Source: Candidatus Hydrogenedens sp.
Lineage (GTDB): Bacteria > Hydrogenedentota > Hydrogenedentia > Hydrogenedentales > Hydrogenedentaceae
Length of the DNA: 62,589 nt
Assembly (NCBI GenBank): GCA_035370665.1
Contig: DAOOVZ010000001.1
Span: 1 to 62,589, forward strand
Direction of reading: 5' to 3'
The notes beneath the pieces are model-generated. The model ran no database searches, was not told the origin of the DNA, and worked only from the letters and a program-made list of their open reading frames with translations. Position numbers and translations under genes: made by a program. The first letter of the stretch is position 1. Each line of letters opens with the position of its first letter. Below are positions 18,432 to 26,866 of this stretch, in pieces.

Positions 18432-18955
18432 TGAAATCTATAGACTCGGAAAGGATATGGTTTTGGTTTGAATGCATATTAGGAATTCTTATCCTTTTTG
18501 TCATATCTCAGATAATCCTGATTTTTTTATTTGACCCGACCACAGTACGGAGAGAAACCCTTAGTAGAGATTTGGAAGCAGTGCCTTCCACGAGTCGGAT
18601 GTATGAATCTTCTAATATAGATATTATTGATGAATGGGGTAAAAAAATTATAGATAGAGGAGAATTATGGAAACCTTTAGTCCCGCCTCCTCCGCCGCCT
18701 CCTCCGCCGCCTCCACCTCCACCAAAAAAACCAGATGTGGCTCAATTACTACAAGGGATTAAGGCTTCCCGACAGCAGATTGGACAAAAGATAAAGATAT
18801 TTACACCAGAAGAACCGCGTGGAAAATTAGTTGGTGTTGGTGATACTGTTATTAAAAATTGCAAAGTTCAATCCTTCGACCGTAACACAGTAACACTTGT
18901 TTATTATTGGGAAGAAGGGAAACAAGAAATTCCTTACACCATGAATAGAGAATAA
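18431..18955 (+). CDS. PilP/GspC-like bitopic protein with a polyproline spacer
   Basis: N-terminal TM, a run of consecutive Pro codons at 18683-18724, and a small C-terminal beta domain (GKLVGVGDTVIKNCKVQSFDRNTVTLVY). ATAATG junction with the upstream gene. Confidence 0.4.
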   Translation: MKSIDSERIWFWFECILGILILFVISQIILIFLFDPTTVRRETLSRDLEAVPSTSRMYESSNIDIIDEWGKKIIDRGELWKPLVPPPPPPPPPPPPPPKKPDVAQLLQGIKASRQQIGQKIKIFTPEEPRGKLVGVGDTVIKNCKVQSFDRNTVTLVYYWEEGKQEIPYTMNRE

Positions 18956-19035
18956 TGTATCTTGTGTATCTATGTTTACTCTGTGTATCATACATAGCGA
19001 AATAAAAAAACAGAAAAAAATCAAGGTTCTCAACA

Positions 19036-22000
19036 ATGAGTGCAAATAGGATTTTTGATGAGTCAATGAAAACTCTATATGGCAATAAAAAGACTAATTG
19101 GTATATTTTTTTAAAACAAATTATTCTCTGTGGTCTTATATTTTTATTTCTTGTTCCTATTCCTTATTCATTCTCACAGCAATCACCGACAAGTCCCGTA
19201 ACTCGTCCTTCAACTGGTACTTCAAGAAGTTCTTCTTCTGTGCGTGGTCAATCAACAAGGTTTAGACTTGATGACCAAAATTCTACTTATGGTAGAGATA
19301 GTTTGGGTCAGGGGACTTCTTTAAGGGGCAGAAGCACAAGTCAGACTAAAGAGCCAGCGGCAACTGAGAAGAAGCCTGAAGCAAAGCCAAAGGAAGAAAA
19401 GCCAAAGGAAGAAAAACCGAAAGAAGGAGCAGAATCCAAAAGTGAAAAGCCATCAGGAACAAGAACCATAACTCGAACTACTGGTAAATCAGAAGGTGCA
19501 AAGACGCCAACAACTACTACCCCTACCGCAACAACGACAGGGACTGCGGGTGTTCCTGGTGCTCCTGTTCCACCGGGACCACGCTTGCCATCTATGGTTT
19601 CGGGTGGAGGACAAACGACGGGAGCAGGAACCTCTGCTCCAGGTTTAAAAGGTTTACTATCTACTATTGGTCAAGGGGCTGGGATTACTACACAACAAGG
19701 AGCAGCAGCCCCGGGTTTCTTTGATATTTTATTTAGTAGAAAACTGGAATATGCTGATGTACCAGATGTCGGAGAGCCGCTTACCTTGCCAGGTCCAATG
19801 TCAGTTGGAGAATTTTTAGAAGCCATTCACCTGGCTACAAACTGGAACATTATTGTTTCTGAACAGGCAAAAGAGATACAGATGAGTTTCTGGCTTGTAG
19901 AAAAAAAACCTAAGGAAGCATTAGAAGTTTTAAAGTTTCATGATATATTTTACGAGTTTGACAAAGATACAAATTTTCTGCGTGTTTTTACGAAAGAAGA
20001 GTGGTTAATAAAGACCTTTGGAGATTTGAAACCGTGTGAATTTAAAATTAAATATGCAGATATATCATACATGGAAGCCATTGTGTCATCCCTTCTTTCG
20101 GGCATAGGAAAAATGATTACAGATACAAGGACAGGAATTATCTATGTCTGGGATATTGAAGATAATCTGAATCAGATGAAAAAAACGGTTGAGGAATTAG
20201 ATATACCTCTGGAAAAGAGAGATTTTATTGTTAAACATGCAGAAGTATCTGATGTGGAATCAGTTTTATCTTCTATGCTATCGCCAAATGGTAGCCTTTT
20301 GGTAGACACACGGAGCAGTCAAATCTTCGTGTGGGATACACCATCTATATTGGAGAAAATGGAAGATGTTGTTACTCAACTTGATATCCCGATGGAGACG
20401 AGGACTTTTACTTCTCAGTATGTGGATGTGGAAAATATAGCCGAATCGTTAGAGTCCATGATTTCTCAACGAGGTGTGGTTCAAGTTGACACAAGGACAA
20501 ATGCCATTGTTGTAACAGATTTACCATCACGCTTAGACCGCATTGAAGAGTTTATTAATACACTGGATATAAGACTTGAAACGCGGACATGGATAATCAA
20601 GTATGCTGATATTGATTTTATTGCAGACCAACTTGAAAATCTTGTTCCTACTGATATGGGTGAAATTGTTGTAAATGAAATGACACATCAGATTACAGTA
20701 ACGGCTCTACCCAGTCGTATCCAAGAAATTGATGAGTTAATCAAGACATGGGATATCAAACGTAAACAAGTGTTAATTGAAGCATTCATTGTAGAGATGA
20801 ATACAAAACTAGAACGCTCATTAGGTATCAACTGGTCGTATTACGGCACCTCTGGAAATGTTCCAATTGTTATTCATGGCGGCTCCGGTGTTAAAGATAT
20901 TGCAACTGCTCCGGGAAGTGGTGAGTCCATGAGTATAGGACAGGTGCCTTCAACAATTCCCCGTTACGGAGGGTTGACTCTGGATAGTAGTGGAAATATT
21001 ACACGACCTCAACTTCAGACGATTCAAGGGAAACCTGTTATTGACCAATTTTTAGGGAACAGACTTGCTGTTGCTTTAAACTATCTCGACAGTCAAGACA
21101 AGGCAACTATTCTTTCCTCGCCTCGTGTCGTGGTTCAAGATGGAGAAGAAGCCATTTTTGAAAATGCGACCCGTGTTCCTTATATTTCAGGAACAGCAGG
21201 TTATACACCCTCATATTATTACCAATCCGGAAGCGAATCAGGAACAAATCCTTATTACAACAATCCTTACTATGGCGGTTATTATGGCGGATATTATGGA
21301 GGAGGATATAACCGTGTTGAGTTTGTTGATGTTGGCACAATTTTATCAGTTGTTCCGCGTATTACGGAAGAGAACAATATTTTGCTCGATATTAGTGCAG
21401 AAGATAGTTCTTACACGATGCGAGAGATAAAAGCCTACGACCAGACCTCTACTGTTCCAGAAAAGACGCTTCGTCATGCAGAGACACAACTTCGTGTGCA
21501 TAGTGGCGAAACTGTGGTTTTAGGTGGTTTACGGAGAAGTAGAAGTGCAAGACTTGTAACAAAAACTCCGTTACTCGGAGATATACCACTTCTCGGAAAG
21601 ATATTTCGTAACCCATCGCGAACAACTGGAAATGATAATTTGCTAATCTTCATTACTATAACGATTGTAGATGAATTTACCCATCCCGAGGCAGAAATGC
21701 TTACCCGTGCAGAGGACAAAATCTCTGAGGATATGCGGTATGAATCGCGTAGCACTTTTGGTAGACTTCATGAACAAGCGTATCCTGACAAAAAATCAGA
21801 AATACGAATTTCGGTTGGAAATAACGGAAGTGTATTTATGGGCGGACATAAGGTAGACCTTTCAGAATTGCCTCAATTGCTTGAAGGTGAGAAGAGTAAA
21901 GGGAAACAAAAAGTACTACTCAGAAAGGCATATCGAACCCCAGAATCATTTATGAACGATGTAAAAGGTATTATTGAAAAGTCTAATTTGAAAATAGAAT

Positions 22001-22254
22001 ATGATTATTCTAATGATGAACCTGTGGTGGCTCTGCCGCATACTCCCCCTGAGGATGAAACAACAGAGAAACCAACTCAGCCAGATGAGTCAGTAGTAAC
22101 TTTACCTCAATCGTCTCCAGAAGAAGCAATCGAAAAACCTATCCAGTCAAATGAGCCTGCAGTGACTTCATCTCAACCACTTCCAGATGAAACAGCAGAG
22201 AAGCCTATCCAGCCGGTTGAACCTACGGAAGAGAATACAAACAAAAATCAGTAA
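19036..22254 (+). CDS. gspD: Secretin (GspD/PilQ family), unusually long at 1072 aa
   Basis: Four or more repeated secretin N-domain units (e.g. DTRTGIIYVWD, DTRSSQIFVWD, DTRTNAIVVTD, HQITVTA). The C-terminal secretin core includes VLIEAFIVEM, LSSPRVVVQDGEEA, ETVVLGGL and TPLLGDIPLLGKIF. Confidence 0.85.
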   Translation: MSANRIFDESMKTLYGNKKTNWYIFLKQIILCGLIFLFLVPIPYSFSQQSPTSPVTRPSTGTSRSSSSVRGQSTRFRLDDQNSTYGRDSLGQGTSLRGRSTSQTKEPAATEKKPEAKPKEEKPKEEKPKEGAESKSEKPSGTRTITRTTGKSEGAKTPTTTTPTATTTGTAGVPGAPVPPGPRLPSMVSGGGQTTGAGTSAPGLKGLLSTIGQGAGITTQQGAAAPGFFDILFSRKLEYADVPDVGEPLTLPGPMSVGEFLEAIHLATNWNIIVSEQAKEIQMSFWLVEKKPKEALEVLKFHDIFYEFDKDTNFLRVFTKEEWLIKTFGDLKPCEFKIKYADISYMEAIVSSLLSGIGKMITDTRTGIIYVWDIEDNLNQMKKTVEELDIPLEKRDFIVKHAEVSDVESVLSSMLSPNGSLLVDTRSSQIFVWDTPSILEKMEDVVTQLDIPMETRTFTSQYVDVENIAESLESMISQRGVVQVDTRTNAIVVTDLPSRLDRIEEFINTLDIRLETRTWIIKYADIDFIADQLENLVPTDMGEIVVNEMTHQITVTALPSRIQEIDELIKTWDIKRKQVLIEAFIVEMNTKLERSLGINWSYYGTSGNVPIVIHGGSGVKDIATAPGSGESMSIGQVPSTIPRYGGLTLDSSGNITRPQLQTIQGKPVIDQFLGNRLAVALNYLDSQDKATILSSPRVVVQDGEEAIFENATRVPYISGTAGYTPSYYYQSGSESGTNPYYNNPYYGGYYGGYYGGGYNRVEFVDVGTILSVVPRITEENNILLDISAEDSSYTMREIKAYDQTSTVPEKTLRHAETQLRVHSGETVVLGGLRRSRSARLVTKTPLLGDIPLLGKIFRNPSRTTGNDNLLIFITITIVDEFTHPEAEMLTRAEDKISEDMRYESRSTFGRLHEQAYPDKKSEIRISVGNNGSVFMGGHKVDLSELPQLLEGEKSKGKQKVLLRKAYRTPESFMNDVKGIIEKSNLKIEYDYSNDEPVVALPHTPPEDETTEKPTQPDESVVTLPQSSPEEAIEKPIQSNEPAVTSSQPLPDETAEKPIQPVEPTEENTNKNQ

Positions 22255-22453
22255 TGTAATTCATTTGCCAGGGTAGCAAATTTATAATTATAGAATGCTG
22301 ACAAAAAATTATATTTTATGAAAGCCTCTGAAAAAGTAATTTATTTGACACAAAAAGCAGTAAAAAATCTATATGTGGCTTTACTGTTGTCCGTAAAAAG
22401 TTTATATAAAAACTTTAAGTTTTTGTTAAATACAATATGCAGTCTTTTACAAT

Positions 22454-22481
22454 GTAGGGGCGTATGGCGATATACCCACGC
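22454..22481. repeat. Degenerate third copy of the GTAGGGG-hairpin element
   Basis: GTAGGGGCGTATGGCGATATACCCACGC has the same GTAGGGG head as the elements at 5709-5790. The stem is only partly preserved. Confidence 0.4.
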
Positions 22482-22535
22482 AATACATAATTATTATTTA
22501 GAAAGCATTTACATAATAATGTTAAATTGTCCCTA

Positions 22536-23966
22536 TTATTTATTAATGGGAATGTTATATTCTTTCATCTTACGCCAAAGGGTAGAACGAGATATGCCCA
22601 AAATCTTTGCTGCCTCTGATTGATTGTAGTTTACCTTTTCAAGTATATGACGAATATGAGCTGCTTCCACTTCTGCGAGTTGTAACAAGCCGTTATTCTT
22701 CTCATTGGGCAGGGCAAGTATTCGCAACTTTTCCTGCTGAACATTTTCAGGTAAGTCTTGAAGATGAATCATCGAATCCTCTGCCATAATAACTGCGTGG
22801 GCAATGATACTTTCCAATTCTCGGACATTCCCCGGATAAGGATAACTTCTCAACACAACAAGTGCATTATTGTCTATTCCCTGAATATTTTTTCCAAAAC
22901 GGTGATTGTATCGTGCAATAAAATGCTGAATCAGCGTTGAAAGCGCGTCAATTCGTTCTCGTAGAGGTGGTATTCTTATCTGAATTACATTCAGGCGGTA
23001 GAACAAATCATCGCGGAAAGTTCGGTTTTCTACAGCATCTTGCAAATTTTTGTTTGTAGCGGAAATGATACGGACATTTACCCTTTGTATTGTATTCGAG
23101 CCCAACGGACGAATTTCGCCGTTTTGCAATACACGAAGGAGTTTTGCCTGATTTGATAATGACATGTCTGCAATTTCATCTAAGAAGACCGTTCCACCAT
23201 CTGCTTCTGCGAACAACCCACGCTTATCTCTTTCTGCACCTGTAAAAGCACCCTGGACATGTCCAAACAGTTCACTCTCGAGTAAATTTTCAGGCAAGGC
23301 AGAACAATTAATAGCAATAAAAGGTTTGTCCTGTCTCGGACTGAGCCGATGTAGAATCTGTGCAACAACTTCTTTTCCAACGCCACTTTCACCTACAATT
23401 AAAACAGTGCTATCTGTGGGTGCAACTTTTCTAATAATCTCCACTATTTTCCGCATCTGTGGATTATTGCCTGACAATTCTTCAAACAGTGTCTGTTCAA
23501 ATCCGGATTCTTGAACAAGTTCACGATACCGTTCCAATATGGCTTTATGAACTAAAGAAGCAACATCGCTTGGGTCACACTTCTTGGGCAAATAAAAATA
23601 GGCTCCCATACGAATCCCTTCAAGTGCTTCGTCAATTTGTTCTATTTCGTAAAGAAGTATTAATTTTGAGGATGGAAACTTCTGTTTAAGGAACGAAACC
23701 AGACTGATGTTGCCCTTATATTCTATGGAAAGGTCAAGTAGAATAGCATCATATACTGTTCTATCGGAGCATGATAATATCTCTTCAGAAACAGTGCAAG
23801 TGAGAACTGAATGACCCCAGCCTTCTATAAATTTTGCAACTGCTTGTAGATAATGTGTATTCGGACCAATGATAAGAACTGTCCCATGTTTTCGGGAATG
23901 TGCTGGTTTTCCCTGTGAGGGTGCCTTTATATTTATAAGTTCTTTGGGTATCATTTTAGATTTCAT
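22536..23966 (-). CDS. Sigma-54-dependent response regulator (NtrC family)
   Basis: Receiver-like N-terminus, AAA+ core with GESGVGKE, GAFTGA and a Walker B (VFLDEI), and a C-terminal Fis-type HTH (QSEAAKILGISRSTLWRKMK). Confidence 0.9.
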   Translation of the reverse strand: MKSKMIPKELINIKAPSQGKPAHSRKHGTVLIIGPNTHYLQAVAKFIEGWGHSVLTCTVSEEILSCSDRTVYDAILLDLSIEYKGNISLVSFLKQKFPSSKLILLYEIEQIDEALEGIRMGAYFYLPKKCDPSDVASLVHKAILERYRELVQESGFEQTLFEELSGNNPQMRKIVEIIRKVAPTDSTVLIVGESGVGKEVVAQILHRLSPRQDKPFIAINCSALPENLLESELFGHVQGAFTGAERDKRGLFAEADGGTVFLDEIADMSLSNQAKLLRVLQNGEIRPLGSNTIQRVNVRIISATNKNLQDAVENRTFRDDLFYRLNVIQIRIPPLRERIDALSTLIQHFIARYNHRFGKNIQGIDNNALVVLRSYPYPGNVRELESIIAHAVIMAEDSMIHLQDLPENVQQEKLRILALPNEKNNGLLQLAEVEAAHIRHILEKVNYNQSEAAKILGISRSTLWRKMKEYNIPINK

Positions 23967-24028
23967 GGTATTTTATGTGTCTTAAAATATTGTATCAAAA
24001 AGAGAGGCTCAAAAAAGAATTTTAAATC

Positions 24029-24049
24029 TGTCTACTTTACGCGTAGACA
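24029..24049. promoter_or_regulatory. 7-7-7 palindrome in the divergent regulator intergenic region (candidate operator)
   Basis: TGTCTAC-TTTACGC-GTAGACA has perfect 7-bp arms. It sits between the divergently transcribed regulators at 23966 and 24253. Confidence 0.3.
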
Positions 24050-24252
24050 AAAACCATTTGTGTAAATGGGACTTTTATGTGTGTCAAAATTGGTAAATTT
24101 GAATAAATGATTTATCTGCTATGTTTGTTAAAAGTTTATAAAAAACTTTATTTTTATTTAAAAAATTAAGTTATAATTAATAGTGGAGATAAATAATTTA
24201 GAATGTGTTCAATAAACTGGTATGAACAAAATATAAAAATGGAGTTAGGGCA

Positions 24253-24873
24253 ATGAGAGGGCGAGTATTTACTACAGGTGAGGTAGCCGACATTTGTGGA
24301 GTTTCCTCAGATACAGTGTCGCGGTGGTTTGATATGGGACAAATTGAAGGGTATCGTCTAGGACCCGGTGGGGATAGACGCATTCCCTATGAGAGCCTGC
24401 GTAAATTTATGATTGCACACGGTATTCCATTGGACCGACTTGAATCCAACGAAATGAAAATATTGATTGTAGATGACGACCCTTTCTATCTGGATATTAT
24501 CCCAGATGCTATTACCCGGAATATAAACAAGGACAGAGAACTTATTATATTAACAGCCTCTACCGGGTTTGACGCAGGTGCTATGATTGTGGAACATAAT
24601 CCCAATCTGGTAATTATGGATATTCACTTATCTGATATTGATGGTCGCAAGGTATGTGAACGATTAAAAAGTCGAGAAGAAACACAGCATGCCCGTGTCA
24701 TTGGAATTTCGGGACTACTGGAAGAGGAAGAAATCGGAAAGTTAAGAGAATATGGATTTGACGATTTCTTAAAAAAGCCATTTCCATTAGATACATTGGT
24801 AGAAAAGGTCTTTCATCTACTCACATTACCTCAAAATAGCGTAAACCATCCTAAAAATACAGGACCTCGGTGA
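24253..24873 (+). CDS. Response regulator with an N-terminal MerR/excisionase-type HTH and a C-terminal receiver domain
   Basis: FTTGEVADICGVSSDTVSRWFDMGQIEGYRLGPGGDRRIP (excisionase-family HTH), then KILIVDDDP ... VIMDIHLSDIDG ... LKKPF. Confidence 0.8.
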   Translation: MRGRVFTTGEVADICGVSSDTVSRWFDMGQIEGYRLGPGGDRRIPYESLRKFMIAHGIPLDRLESNEMKILIVDDDPFYLDIIPDAITRNINKDRELIILTASTGFDAGAMIVEHNPNLVIMDIHLSDIDGRKVCERLKSREETQHARVIGISGLLEEEEIGKLREYGFDDFLKKPFPLDTLVEKVFHLLTLPQNSVNHPKNTGPR

Positions 24874-24891
24874 CATCTCACTGCGGCTGTA

Positions 24892-24924
24892 AATGATAAT
24901 GATAATGATAATGATAATGATAAT
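24892..24924. repeat. Hexanucleotide microsatellite (AATGAT) x5.5
   Basis: Read directly: aatgat repeated five times, then aat. Confidence 0.9.
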
Positions 24925-25080
24925 ATGATGTATAGTAATCCCAAAATAGATTAGAAATAATTTTCTATAATATTGTTTTCTAAAATTGTTTACATCTATT
25001 TTATGGTTTTCTTCGGAGGTGTATGCAAGTGATTAAACCTGTTCATAATCTTTAATCTATTGCCATTTCATTGCAATTTG

Positions 25081-26001
25081 CTATTTGAATTCAAACAACT
25101 GTGGAGTGTTGAACTTTATAGAAAATTCCTTAATCCTTTTTTCTGCCAATCTTATATAATCTCTATTTATCTCATATCCGATGTAGTGTCGGTTTGTCTT
25201 TAATGCAGAGATAGCCGTCTGTCCACTTCCTATAAATGGGTCTAATATCACTTCACCTTCAAAGGTATAAAGTTGAATCAATCTATATGGTAATTCGACA
25301 GGAAAAGGTGCGGGATGACCTACTTTTGTGGCAGGTTCAGCGGAAAAGGTCCATACACTTTTCGTGAATTCAAGAAATTCCTCTTTTGAAATTGTGCTTT
25401 TTCTACCAAGGTTTTCTCTCGAAAACATACCTTTAGAAAAGACTAAAATATACTCATGAATATCTCTCAATGTTGGATTTTTTGCAGAAAGCCAACTCCC
25501 CCATGCAGTAGAAGGGCTACCGCTTGACGCCTTATTCCAGATAATTTCGCCTCTCATCAAAAATCCTAAATCAAGCATATCTTCAACGATAAAAGCATGA
25601 AGAGGAATATATGGCTTCCTCCCAAGGTTAGCAATATTTATGCAAGCCCTACCACCGGGAACAAGAACCCTTTTAACTTCACTCCAAACTCTTTTCAGAA
25701 ATGTCCTGTATTCATTTAAGGTAAGGTTTTCATCATACTCTTTTCCCACATTATACGGAGGTGAAGTAACCATTAAGTGGACACTATTGTCTGGCAACTC
25801 TTCCATTTTCTCACTGGAACTATAAAAGATTTTATTCAAATACTGAGAAGGTATTGAATTTTCTTCATATTCCACCATTTTTTCTTTCGGTAATTCTTCA
25901 TATAGCCTACTTGAATAAAAAGTAGTAGAATCATGATTAATTCTTCCTGGAGAACCAAAGGCACTTGTTTTTGTTCCATTCTTTTTGCACTTATTTTCCA
26001 T
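25081..26001 (-). CDS. Beta-class N4/N6 DNA methyltransferase (SPPY type), paralogous to the one at 8917-9726
   Basis: HLMVTSPPYNVGKEY, then HPAPFPVELPYRLIQLYTFEGEVILDPFIGSGQT. It shares WGSWLSA and VWTF blocks with the 8917 protein. Confidence 0.9.
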   Translation of the reverse strand: MENKCKKNGTKTSAFGSPGRINHDSTTFYSSRLYEELPKEKMVEYEENSIPSQYLNKIFYSSSEKMEELPDNSVHLMVTSPPYNVGKEYDENLTLNEYRTFLKRVWSEVKRVLVPGGRACINIANLGRKPYIPLHAFIVEDMLDLGFLMRGEIIWNKASSGSPSTAWGSWLSAKNPTLRDIHEYILVFSKGMFSRENLGRKSTISKEEFLEFTKSVWTFSAEPATKVGHPAPFPVELPYRLIQLYTFEGEVILDPFIGSGQTAISALKTNRHYIGYEINRDYIRLAEKRIKEFSIKFNTPQLFEFK

Positions 26002-26637
26002 TTAATCATCACTCCACAGTTCAACCCACCTTTTATATGGGTCAAATTCAATCTTCACTTTTTGCCAATTTATTGGGATTTTTCTGGTCATATTATCTTT
26101 AATTAAATCTGATAATGCTTCTTTAGTAAATTCAACACCTCTGGGATTTGTTCCTGGTTTTGGAATCTTAATATATTTTTCTTTACCTATTTTATCAAAA
26201 AGGTCCATTTGAACCTTTAATGGAATGTAATAAAATCCTCCCATACCACCCCAATTAATCTGGATAAGTAAAATATCATAATGCGGATAGTAATTATCTT
26301 GAAACTCTTTTGCTTTCTGAGCGTCAACGGTCCAAATAAGTTTTACCCCACTAATACTTTTTCCTGTAATTGTTTTTATTGATATTGGATTACCAAATAA
26401 TTTAGCATCTACTTCTGGCATGGTAATAGGAATTTTAGTTTCTACATTTATCTCCCCAAATTTATATATAAGCAATGCTACTATTATTTTCTCGCGAACT
26501 GAACCAACTTCCATCCCAGTTTTGCCTGCTCTTGAATTTTCCAACTCTGCAATTTGGAATAGGTAGGACAATCGCTTTTTAATTTTTTCTACAAGATTCA
26601 AATCTTCAAATATTTCTATTAATGGATTGGGTATCAT
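26002..26637 (-). CDS. Candidate type II restriction endonuclease partner
   Basis: Its stop codon abuts the methyltransferase ATG with zero spacing (26002/26001), and it sits in the same AT-rich block. It has no family motif I can name with certainty, only possible acidic/Lys residues around PEVDAKL...ISIKT. Confidence 0.5.
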   Translation of the reverse strand: MIPNPLIEIFEDLNLVEKIKKRLSYLFQIAELENSRAGKTGMEVGSVREKIIVALLIYKFGEINVETKIPITMPEVDAKLFGNPISIKTITGKSISGVKLIWTVDAQKAKEFQDNYYPHYDILLIQINWGGMGGFYYIPLKVQMDLFDKIGKEKYIKIPKPGTNPRGVEFTKEALSDLIKDNMTRKIPINWQKVKIEFDPYKRWVELWSDD

Positions 26638-26866
26638 TTGTCCCTATACTTTATACGCGAAAATTTATATTTCAACTTTAGAGTTACTAAATATTATTGT
26701 GCTTTATATAATAGCCATATCTATACATGGAGAGCACTTAATTTTACACTAATTATAAAAAAATTTTCTTTTAATCTTATCTATAATATAACATATTTGT
26801 ATAATGGATTTGTTATATATTTTTTAGTGGGCAAAAGTAATTGAAAATATAAAAAGGCAATTAGAA

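Noticed and set aside
22318-22623. 101-aa + strand ORF after the secretin
   Set aside because: It starts in an AT-rich spacer, contains the degenerate GTAGGGG repeat, and runs antisense into the 3' end of the sigma-54 regulator. It is most likely spurious.
24085-24105. TGGTAAATTTGAAT as a possible -24/-12 element in the regulator spacer
   Set aside because: The spacing between GG and the downstream G is about 3 nt too short, and the GC dinucleotide is missing.
26638-26844. 68-aa + strand ORF in the spacer between the nuclease gene and sixA
   Set aside because: It is an Asn/Tyr/Phe-rich translation of an AT-rich promoter region. It has no ribosome-binding site and no motif.
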